A stretch of 20,000 nt of DNA, from IMG/VR virus record IMGVR_UViG_3300044630_001076; one strand, 5' to 3'. The notes under the pieces are model-generated. The model was not told where the DNA came from. It saw only the letters and a list, made by a program, of their open reading frames with translations, and did no database searches. The translations under genes were made by a program, and so were the position numbers. Of this stretch, positions 1-5,949 are shown piece after piece; within the stretch, counting starts at the first letter, position 1; each line of letters opens with the position of its first letter. Source of the DNA: an uncultured virus (IMG/VR IMGVR_UViG_3300044630_001076). Its lineage: Duplodnaviria; Heunggongvirae; Uroviricota; Caudoviricetes; Crassvirales.

Positions 1-2
1 TA

Positions 3-248
3 TTGATGCTTGCACTTATTAGTCCAATGATGAAGATTATTGATAATGCAGGTGGATGGTCAGGAGAGATGAAAGATTATCGCAAAAATGGCATTGGTGT
101 AAACGTAGTCAATATGACCATTTGTAATATGATGGACATGGGCATCATCGACCCGACTAAGGTGACAAAAGAGGCTGTGCGAAATGCGGTATCAGTTGCT
201 ACAACTTTATTATCTACAGACACAGTTATAACTAATATCAGAGCTTAA
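3..248 (+). CDS. groEL: Chaperonin GroEL (Cpn60), C-terminal fragment; gene starts before the window
   Basis: Translation contains ALISPMMKIIDNAG and MGIIDPTKVTKEAVRNAVSVATTLLSTDTVIT, matching the GroEL C-terminal motifs (AL.aPl.qIa.NAG; GIiDPtKVtr.AlqnAaSvA.l.ltTe..i). It lacks the GGM tail and sits next to groES. Confidence 0.92.
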   Translation: MMLALISPMMKIIDNAGGWSGEMKDYRKNGIGVNVVNMTICNMMDMGIIDPTKVTKEAVRNAVSVATTLLSTDTVITNIRA

Positions 249-249
249 T

Positions 250-507
250 ATGAAAGTAATAGGAAATAATATTTTAATCGTACCTCAAGAAGAGGAGACA
301 AAATCAAAAGGGGGCTTATTAATGTCAGCATCTGACACAAAAGAGCTACGCTATAAGAAGGCAACTGTGGCAGCCGTTGGCAATGCGGTCGAAGGGGTCA
401 TGCCAGGTAACTTTATCTACTTCGATAAAGCGGCAGGTCACGGGATCCGGGTGAACGAGGACATTTACACGGTGATAAGGGTTCAAGACGTGGTGGTGGT
501 GCTATAG
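250..507 (+). CDS. groES: Co-chaperonin GroES (Cpn10)
   Basis: 85 aa. MKVIGNNILIVP..EETKSKGGLLM (mobile loop), ATVAAVG, GVMPGNFIYF, IRVNEDIYTVIRVQDVVVVL follow the Cpn10 pattern. Confidence 0.92.
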   Translation: MKVIGNNILIVPQEEETKSKGGLLMSASDTKELRYKKATVAAVGNAVEGVMPGNFIYFDKAAGHGIRVNEDIYTVIRVQDVVVVL

Positions 508-990
508 TTCCACCTTAGGCTTGGACTGTTGCTTTTTAAAGTCCTCATTGGCCCGCTTTGCTACTCTATTGAACTGACGTTCGGAGTACTTAGTGGGCCT
601 TTTTATTTCTGTAATGGGCTTCTCGCCTAAAAGTCTAGCGTAAACATCACGCATAATGGCTCGGCCCTTGGCAGAAAGCTCATACATGGGCACAGTTCGG
701 TACGATCCTGGTCTAAAAATGCTGATGAGTCCCATATCAATCATATCTTTACGTTTTTTTGGGGCAAATCCTAGGATTTGGTTGTACTTCTCGATGGACT
801 TGACGTTAAATATGCCTTCCGAGTGGAGAAAACAGAGCATTTGGAAGTAAGGAGCCGAGAGTCCGTAGTGACGAAGGACATATTTCTGCACGAGACCTAT
901 GTATTTTAGGAAGTCGTGTTGTATCTCCATCCGTGTAACTGGAGGGTATTTTTTTGGTCGGTACACTTTTGGTACCATATATGTTTTCAT
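502..990 (-). CDS. Putative winged helix-turn-helix (MarR-like) DNA-binding protein
   Basis: 162 aa, basic. YGLSAPYFQMLCFLH...DMIDMGLISIFR...MYELSAKGRAIM resembles the MarR/wHTH pattern (gLs..qf..L..L ... L...GlI ... y.Lt.kG). Has its own minus-strand promoter box. Confidence 0.6.
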   Translation of the reverse strand: MKTYMVPKVYRPKKYPPVTRMEIQHDFLKYIGLVQKYVLRHYGLSAPYFQMLCFLHSEGIFNVKSIEKYNQILGFAPKKRKDMIDMGLISIFRPGSYRTVPMYELSAKGRAIMRDVYARLLGEKPITEIKRPTKYSERQFNRVAKRANEDFKKQQSKPKVEL

Positions 991-1023
991 TTGATTTTAT
1001 TTTTAACAAATTTACTATCTTTG
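990..1023 (+). promoter_or_regulatory. Bacteroidota sigma-A promoter (-33 TTTG, -7 TATCTTTG) for the small-ORF cluster
   Basis: TTTG at 990-993 and TATCTTTG at 1016-1023, a 22-nt spacer; ATG at 1047. Confidence 0.7.
1007..1014 (-). promoter_or_regulatory. Bacteroidota sigma-A -7 element (TAAATTTG on the minus strand) for the wHTH gene
   Basis: CAAATTTA at 1007-1014 reads TAAATTTG on the minus strand, an exact TAnnTTTG match 16 nt upstream of the ATG at 990. Confidence 0.6.
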
Positions 1024-1046
1024 CTTGATTTTTAATAACAATAAAA

Positions 1047-1256
1047 ATGGCAAAGCAAAAAAGACCAGATACCCCATTAGCTTCAACACCTATGGTGCGT
1101 TGGGTTGATAATATAAAGAATCCTGAGAATGCGGAGTTTGTTACAGAAACAGGGTATAATTTAAGAAAACCAAATAGCCAAGTAACTCAACAAGAGTTTA
1201 ATATACGCTATAATATTAAACCAGATTCCATTCCAGTAATTAAAAGAAAAAAATAA
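1047..1256 (+). CDS. Small hypothetical protein (69 aa) with degenerate PLA-x-T motif and basic C-terminus
   Basis: First ORF after the promoter, A-rich leader, N-terminal RPDTPLASTPM, ends IKRKK; TAATG coupling to the next ORF. Confidence 0.7.
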   Translation: MAKQKRPDTPLASTPMVRWVDNIKNPENAEFVTETGYNLRKPNSQVTQQEFNIRYNIKPDSIPVIKRKK

Positions 1257-1435
1257 TGAAAGGTAAACACCCAGGCTTTAAAGCAGTAGCTGCTGGCATA
1301 GCCAAAAAACAAGGAATCCCAGTAGAGCGTGCAAATGCTATTTTAGCAGCAGGTGCTCGTAAGGCAGGAGCAAAAGCTGTTAAGGCTAACCCTGCATTAA
1401 AGAAAGTATCAGGCGTAATGAAAAAGAAAAAATAA
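1256..1435 (+). CDS. Small Lys/Ala-rich basic protein (59 aa), missing from the ORF track
   Basis: My translation: MKGKHPGFKAVAAGIAKKQGIPVERANAILAAGARKAGAKAVKANPALKKVSGVMKKKK*. The ATG overlaps the previous TAA (TAATG) and the ORF fills the gap exactly. Confidence 0.8.
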   Translation: MKGKHPGFKAVAAGIAKKQGIPVERANAILAAGARKAGAKAVKANPALKKVSGVMKKKK

Positions 1436-1436
1436 C

Positions 1437-1877
1437 ATGGCAACTAAGAAAGAAAAAGACAAAGATATTATCATGAGAAGTGCGAAGCCTGGTCTTCCGG
1501 TAAACATCTCTAAGCCAAGCATCCCTCAGAGTTCAAATGCTATGGGTGCTAGTGGCACGATCCTTAACAATGTTAATGTTCGTCCAACAAGAATGCAGAC
1601 AGCAAAGTATGATGCTACTTATTTGACAAGAGATTTAGGTGGTGCTTTAAAAAAATCAATTAAAAGTCCCAATTTAGTTGAAAAAGCTAAAGGTGTTTTA
1701 GGTACTGCAATAATGGGGGCAACTATCCCAGTTAATGCAGGAGTTTCTCTATTTAACGTAATTAGTGGTCAAGCAAGATATAATAAAAATAAAAGAGCAG
1801 GATTAGAGCGTGGAGATAAAGACTTTAAAGTTCGCAACTCATCTATTCCATTAGCAGAAACAGAGTTTAACAATTAA
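1437..1877 (+). CDS. Hypothetical basic protein (146 aa) with C-terminal VRNSSIPLAETEF motif
   Basis: Tightly packed ORF; Gly-rich, mildly hydrophobic segment GVLGTAIMGATIPVNAGVSLF; shared motif at 1830-1868. Confidence 0.75.
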   Translation: MATKKEKDKDIIMRSAKPGLPVNISKPSIPQSSNAMGASGTILNNVNVRPTRMQTAKYDATYLTRDLGGALKKSIKSPNLVEKAKGVLGTAIMGATIPVNAGVSLFNVISGQARYNKNKRAGLERGDKDFKVRNSSIPLAETEFNN

Positions 1878-1884
1878 AATAATT

Positions 1885-2103
1885 ATGGCAAAGGTTAAGT
1901 CAGATTCAACAACAGTTACTCAGGAAGCAAGAATGCGTATTTCTGAATTAATAAATCAAAAAAGAAAGCAAGAGGATGCACAAAAAGCAGCTGAACGAGC
2001 TAAAGCTAATTTTGATTCTGTTAGATTAAAAGATATGCAAAGAGGATATAAACTTCGTGATTCATCAATGCCTTTAGCACCAACACAATTTAACGATATG
2101 TAA
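1885..2103 (+). CDS. Hypothetical protein (72 aa) with C-terminal LRDSSMPLAPTQF motif
   Basis: Helical, charged ORF; shared motif at 2053-2091. Confidence 0.75.
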   Translation: MAKVKSDSTTVTQEARMRISELINQKRKQEDAQKAAERAKANFDSVRLKDMQRGYKLRDSSMPLAPTQFNDM

Positions 2104-2105
2104 TT

Positions 2106-2246
2106 ATGGCAAAGCAAGAACAAACACCAATGACACGTAAGATGCCTCCTCAAATGATGGGCATTAGCAAGATTGTCGCAGCATCTAAGATGATTGACTT
2201 AGTTAAGCAAGTAGCCGTTAAAAAGATGGCTAAAAAAATGCGTTAA
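2106..2246 (+). CDS. Small Met/Lys-rich protein (46 aa), missing from the ORF track
   Basis: My translation: MAKQEQTPMTRKMPPQMMGISKIVAASKMIDLVKQVAVKKMAKKMR*. Fills the gap between 2103 and 2248 with 2-nt and 1-nt spacers. Confidence 0.7.
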   Translation: MAKQEQTPMTRKMPPQMMGISKIVAASKMIDLVKQVAVKKMAKKMR

Positions 2247-2247
2247 T

Positions 2248-2436
2248 ATGGAAGGCTTAGGAGATTTGGTTGCTAAGGTAACTGAGACTACTGGCATCAA
2301 GAAAGTTGTAGAGGCTGCATTCCCAAATGGGGGCTGTGGCTGTGCACAACGTCAGCAGAAATTAAATGAAATGTTTCCATTCGGTTCTCCGAAGGATCAA
2401 TACAATATTGATAAAATAAATGAAAGCAACCGCTAA
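2248..2436 (+). CDS. Small phage hypothetical protein with GLGD...TGIK...CGC..R..KLN motif
   Basis: 62 aa. I recall the GLGDLVAKVTETTGIKKVV...GCGCAQRQQKLNEMFP pattern from uncultured aquatic phage proteins; function unknown. Confidence 0.75.
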   Translation: MEGLGDLVAKVTETTGIKKVVEAAFPNGGCGCAQRQQKLNEMFPFGSPKDQYNIDKINESNR

Positions 2437-2698
2437 ATATTACGCATCAAATCCGGAGGCTCGCAAAAAACGCTTAGAATATCAAGCTGAGTATAACAAG
2501 CGACCTGAGCAGTTAAAGAGACGTGCTGAATTGAATAAAATCAACAGAGATCGTGGACAATATGCTGACAAGGATGGCAAAGATATGAGCCACAAAAAGA
2601 ACGGCAGAGTTGTTGAAGAATCTGCTAGTAAAAATAGAGGCTCAAAAAGTAATTCAGCTGGTGACGTGCGTGCTCGAGGAACTAAAAAGAAAAAATAA
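2420..2698 (+). CDS. Small basic protein with a degenerate HNH-like (DGKD.sH...NR) motif
   Basis: 92 aa. KRRAELNK..R..G...DGKDMSHKKNGRVVEESASKNR resembles minimal phage HNH-type proteins (gDGkDvdH...s.NR) with a shortened loop. Confidence 0.5.
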   Translation: MKATAKYYASNPEARKKRLEYQAEYNKRPEQLKRRAELNKINRDRGQYADKDGKDMSHKKNGRVVEESASKNRGSKSNSAGDVRARGTKKKK

Positions 2699-3159
2699 TG
2701 GCTAAACAAAAACCATTTGTTAGAAACTCAAGTATCCCGTTGGCTGAAACTCAGTTTGAGCCAGATGCTACTCGTGTTAAAGAAACATATACAGCTTTTA
2801 TGCCTGCTGATCCAACAAAAATTGTTGTTAAGCGTTGGGCTGATGGAGAGTATAGACAAAATCCTGATGGATCAACTAGCACACACAAGATGGCTAGTTT
2901 TGAGGCAGATGGTAAGCATTACGCAGCTCCAACAGTTTATCCAAAAGATAGAAAAGGTACTAAGTCTCGTAATCCAAAAGATTGGTATGAAGCCCCTAAA
3001 AAGGGATGGGCATTTGCTGATACTGCAGAGGCACGTGGAGAAATGTATGGACCATTTAAAAATGCTAAAATTGCAAAAGATTTTGCGGCTAATGGATATA
3101 AAAATCAAGCAACACAAAAAGCAGCATTAGCAAAACTAAATGCTAAAAAGAAAAAGTAA
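2698..3159 (+). CDS. Hypothetical protein (153 aa) with N-terminal VRNSSIPLAETQF motif
   Basis: TAATG-coupled at both ends; motif at 2719-2757; core NPDGSTSTHKMASFEADGKHYAAPTVYP; ends AKKKK. Confidence 0.8.
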   Translation: MAKQKPFVRNSSIPLAETQFEPDATRVKETYTAFMPADPTKIVVKRWADGEYRQNPDGSTSTHKMASFEADGKHYAAPTVYPKDRKGTKSRNPKDWYEAPKKGWAFADTAEARGEMYGPFKNAKIAKDFAANGYKNQATQKAALAKLNAKKKK

Positions 3160-3464
3160 TGGCTGATATTAAGAATATGTTGGACCGATATGGTTTGGCT
3201 GGTGTTAACAAGCCTAAACGCCAAACTTCAGGTGGAAAGTCACACGTAGTTCTTGCTAAAGAAGGAGACCAAGTTAAGTTGATACGATTTGGCCAAGCAG
3301 GTGTAAAGACTAATCAAACTGTTGGTCAGCGTGAGGCATTTAAGTCTCGTCACGCAAAGAACATTTCAAAAGGCAAGATGTCAGCTGCGTGGTGGGCCGA
3401 TAAAGTTAAGTGGTCACCAAGTAAGACAGAATCTCCATCTAAAAAGTGGGTTAAAGGATCATAA
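3159..3464 (+). CDS. Basic viral hypothetical protein (K.iRFGq.G...R..F..RH...SA.wW...W type)
   Basis: 101 aa. KSHVVLAKEGDQVKLIRFGQAG...REAFKSRH...MSAAWWADKVKW is a pattern I recall from small proteins of aquatic phages and large DNA viruses (DUF5754-like, from memory, unverified). Confidence 0.7.
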   Translation: MADIKNMLDRYGLAGVNKPKRQTSGGKSHVVLAKEGDQVKLIRFGQAGVKTNQTVGQREAFKSRHAKNISKGKMSAAWWADKVKWSPSKTESPSKKWVKGS

Positions 3465-3465
3465 T

Positions 3466-3603
3466 ATGAAAAAGCTAAACAAATTAGGAGTGGAGAACTC
3501 TTTGTGGAATAACATTAGAGCGAGCAAAGGGTCAGGCAAAAAGCCCACTAAAGAAATGCTTAAGCAGGAGAAGAAGATAAAAAAGCAAGAGAAAAAAAAG
3601 TAA
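3466..3603 (+). CDS. Small Lys-rich protein (45 aa); true start is probably the ATG at 3466, not 3322
   Basis: MKKLNKLGVENSLWNNIRASKGSGKKPTKEMLKQEKKIKKQEKKK*. The ATG is 1 nt after the previous stop, whereas the 3322 start would overlap the upstream gene by 143 nt. Confidence 0.75.
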   Translation: MKKLNKLGVENSLWNNIRASKGSGKKPTKEMLKQEKKIKKQEKKK

Positions 3604-3611
3604 TATCTTTG
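3604..3611 (+). promoter_or_regulatory. Bacteroidota -7 element TATCTTTG
   Basis: Exact TAnnTTTG in the intergenic gap, 17 nt upstream of the ATG at 3629; identical to the box at 1016. Confidence 0.65.
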
Positions 3612-3628
3612 TAACATAAATAATAGTC

Positions 3629-3760
3629 ATGAAAAAAGTAACTAAAAAAACAGCGTTTGATATCAAAGAGGCAAGCAACCAAAAGTTGAAGCCAGGAGCA
3701 CGTAAGCACTATGCTGAGAATGCACAAGCTGCGATGAAGAACCAAAAGAAAAAGAAATAA
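3629..3760 (+). CDS. Small Lys-rich protein (43 aa), missing from the ORF track
   Basis: My translation: MKKVTKKTAFDIKEASNQKLKPGARKHYAENAQAAMKNQKKKK*. Follows the promoter box; next ATG is 1 nt after the stop. Confidence 0.72.
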   Translation: MKKVTKKTAFDIKEASNQKLKPGARKHYAENAQAAMKNQKKKK

Positions 3761-3761
3761 T

Positions 3762-4025
3762 ATGGGAGTTTTAAATTACACACAAGCAGGTCGTGCTGCT
3801 GCGGTAACCCCTTCTAACACGGTTAATATTCCTAGCGTATCAGGAGGAGATAACACCCAAGGGTGTACTCTTTACTCAGGATCGGGAGGAATCATTAAGG
3901 TGATGACAATTGGTGGTGACATTGTTACGTTTAACGCTGTTCCTGCTGGCACAATTTTGCAGGTAAAAGTTTTGCGTGTTTACGCTGAGGTAACAACTGC
4001 AACTGGAATTGTAGCTCTTTGGTAA
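3762..4025 (+). CDS. Head spike base protein-like (RcGTA Rcc01079 family)
   Basis: 87 aa, beta-rich. AAAVTPSNT...LYSGSGGIIKV...GDIVTFNAVPAGTILQVKVLRVYAEVTTATGIVALW matches the family pattern (A.avTPsD...lYvG.gG.l.v...g..vtf..vpaG.ilpv.v.rV.atgTtAt.ival). Confidence 0.75.
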   Translation: MGVLNYTQAGRAAAVTPSNTVNIPSVSGGDNTQGCTLYSGSGGIIKVMTIGGDIVTFNAVPAGTILQVKVLRVYAEVTTATGIVALW

Positions 4026-4026
4026 A

Positions 4027-4191
4027 ATGACAGAAGAGGACTTGAAGATAGGAATATTAAATAGCATCGTATTGGCGATTTCTTTCACCAATATAGAAAC
4101 GTCCCTTCGCCTATTTTTACTTGTTGTATCAATCGGATACACGTGCCTTAAAATTTACAAGTTATTAAAAGATAAACGTAATGGGCTTTAA
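4027..4191 (+). CDS. Small membrane protein, holin/antiholin-like (54 aa), missing from the ORF track
   Basis: My translation: MTEEDLKIGILNSIVLAISFTNIETSLRLFLLVVSIGYTCLKIYKLLKDKRNGL*. Two hydrophobic segments and a basic tail; first gene of the membrane/lysis block. Confidence 0.65.
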   Translation: MTEEDLKIGILNSIVLAISFTNIETSLRLFLLVVSIGYTCLKIYKLLKDKRNGL

Positions 4192-4438
4192 AAATATTTT
4201 TAAAGATTCAAACGATATTAATGAGCAATCAGTTGCTGCGTTTGTTTCTCTTACACTAGTTATAATTATCACTATTTGTGATGTTGTAACTGGTTTGTTA
4301 GGGATGGAACTTATTGTTAAAGAATTTATTTTTGTTTCGCTTTTGGCTTTTACTGCGGCAGCTTTAGGAATTGCTGGATACAAAACATTAAACAATAAAG
4401 AAGAAAACAATAAACAAGATGGCGAAACGAGAGAGTAA
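4181..4438 (+). CDS. Two-TM membrane protein, putative class II holin
   Basis: 85 aa. TM1 VAAFVSLTLVIIITICDVVTGLL, TM2 FIFVSLLAFTAAALGIAGY, charged C-terminus; upstream of the endolysin. Confidence 0.6.
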   Translation: MGFKNIFKDSNDINEQSVAAFVSLTLVIIITICDVVTGLLGMELIVKEFIFVSLLAFTAAALGIAGYKTLNNKEENNKQDGETRE

Positions 4439-4736
4439 TTTAACAGAGAAGGTTACAGAAAAAGCAATTGATTCAATCAAAATGCCTGTGACATTTAAAG
4501 AGTTTAGTAAAGAGCCTGTTAAAGCAATGTTGTTTATTGTTACATTAGCCATTGGTTATTTATACGTTGACATGAAAATGATGTATGCAAAAAACATCGA
4601 TGGTCAATCAGCTAAATTAGATAAAGTGGAAATGAAAATTGATGCATTAACAAATCAATTACGCAAGTCCGATTCCCTATTATCTGCAAGTTCAACAAAA
4701 TTAATGGTTTTATCTGAACTAGGTCATATTAAATGA
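4419..4736 (+). CDS. Single-TM protein with C-terminal coiled coil (lysis-associated, i-spanin/holin-like)
   Basis: TM AMLFIVTLAIGYLYV followed by heptad-like KLDKVEMKIDALTNQLRK. Confidence 0.5.
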   Translation: MAKRESNLTEKVTEKAIDSIKMPVTFKEFSKEPVKAMLFIVTLAIGYLYVDMKMMYAKNIDGQSAKLDKVEMKIDALTNQLRKSDSLLSASSTKLMVLSELGHIK

Positions 4737-5104
4737 TTTATTGGGTTTACGCATTTATTATTGTGGTAATGGGTGGATGTGTTTCTGCCGTAGCAGAAGA
4801 TGATGCCGAAACAAGAGATAAAAAAGTATTGGTAAAAGTCGATGACTTTACTGCCATAATAGAACGTGCAAAAAAGAATCAGGCAATGGCATTCCAAGTT
4901 GGAGCAAAAGCCGATGGTGCAATGGTTAATAAGGTTGAAGCAGTCGCACAAAAAATCAACACATTAGAATCAACGATTGAAAAGTTAGAGGAAAAAAATG
5001 AAAAACTGCAAGAACAAATTAAGACTACTCCTAGTTTGGATATTCCTTTTTCCCTTGACCCAATCATTGACAGCACAGAACTACCCGAAGAAAAAGATAA
5101 TTAA
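4733..5104 (+). CDS. Putative lipoprotein or membrane-anchored coiled-coil protein (spanin-like)
   Basis: Hydrophobic N-terminus ending in MGG-C (possible lipobox); coiled coil VAQKINTLESTIEKLEEKNEKLQEQIK; ATGA overlap with the previous gene. Confidence 0.5.
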   Translation: MIYWVYAFIIVVMGGCVSAVAEDDAETRDKKVLVKVDDFTAIIERAKKNQAMAFQVGAKADGAMVNKVEAVAQKINTLESTIEKLEEKNEKLQEQIKTTPSLDIPFSLDPIIDSTELPEEKDN

Positions 5105-5426
5105 CGGTGATACGGTAGTCGTAATGACTGAAAACCAAGCAAATAGCATTAATACATTGTTTCGAAATTTAAAAAAAGATAACAAGAAACAATTAGCTAC
5201 AACGGATTCATTAAAGTCAATTGTTAAGGTATTTGATCAGGATAGAGTAAATTATGTGCAATCGTTAGATAAATCACAGAAGTTATATATGTTAAGTGAA
5301 GAAGAAAACAAAATTTTACTTCAAACACAACAATCATTAAAAATAGGTAGATTTGCACAAGATATTAGTGTTATCACGCTTATGTTTACAGTTGTAATAT
5401 TATTAAAAACATCATTCGATAGATAA
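4998..5426 (+). CDS. Exported coiled-coil protein with C-terminal TM anchor (spanin-like)
   Basis: Signal peptide MKNCKNKLRLLLVWIFLFPLTQSLTA|Q (Gln at +1 is typical of Bacteroidota SPI substrates); helical body; C-terminal hydrophobic ISVITLMFTVVILL; overlaps the upstream gene by 107 nt. Confidence 0.5.
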   Translation: MKNCKNKLRLLLVWIFLFPLTQSLTAQNYPKKKIINGDTVVVMTENQANSINTLFRNLKKDNKKQLATTDSLKSIVKVFDQDRVNYVQSLDKSQKLYMLSEEENKILLQTQQSLKIGRFAQDISVITLMFTVVILLKTSFDR

Positions 5427-5428
5427 AA

Positions 5429-5935
5429 ATGAAAGATCAAAAAACAATTGAAAGAATTGCATTATTGCATCCAAAAGTAAAAGATGAAGCAATTCAAATT
5501 TATGATGAAATTGTAGCAGCGTTGACAGGGTCAGCAATGTGTCGATTTGCATTTACATTAAGAACGATTGCAGAACAAGATGCATTATATGCACAAGGTC
5601 GTACAAAACCTGGAGCAAAAGTTACAAACGCAAAGGGTGGTCAATCATACCATAACTATGGTCTTGCAATTGACATTGTTTTATTAATTGATAAAGACAA
5701 AAACGGAACATTTGAAACAGCAAGCTGGGATTTAAAAACAGATTTTGATGGCGATGGCAAAAGCGATTGGCAAGAAATCGTGGCAATCTTTAAACGTCAT
5801 GGATGGGATTGGGGAGGAGATTGGAAATTTTTTGATGCACCACATTTCCAAAAAACATATGGAAAATCTATTTCTGAATTATTAGCATTGCACAAAGCTA
5901 AAAAAGTAGATGCAAAAGGGTATGTTTTAATTTAA
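5429..5935 (+). CDS. Endolysin, peptidase M15 family (L-Ala-D-Glu endopeptidase, CwlK/Ply500-like)
   Basis: LRTIAEQDALYAQGRTKPG.KVTNAKGGQSYHNYGLAID (SxHxxGxAxD zinc motif) and WGGDW..FDAPHFQ (DxxH). Confidence 0.93.
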   Translation: MKDQKTIERIALLHPKVKDEAIQIYDEIVAALTGSAMCRFAFTLRTIAEQDALYAQGRTKPGAKVTNAKGGQSYHNYGLAIDIVLLIDKDKNGTFETASWDLKTDFDGDGKSDWQEIVAIFKRHGWDWGGDWKFFDAPHFQKTYGKSISELLALHKAKKVDAKGYVLI

Positions 5936-5949
5936 TATGCCCCATACAA

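Noticed and set aside
3322..3465. Long version of the ORF ending at 3603
   Set aside because: It overlaps the 3159-3464 gene out of frame; ATG 3466 fits the 1-nt spacing used throughout the cluster.
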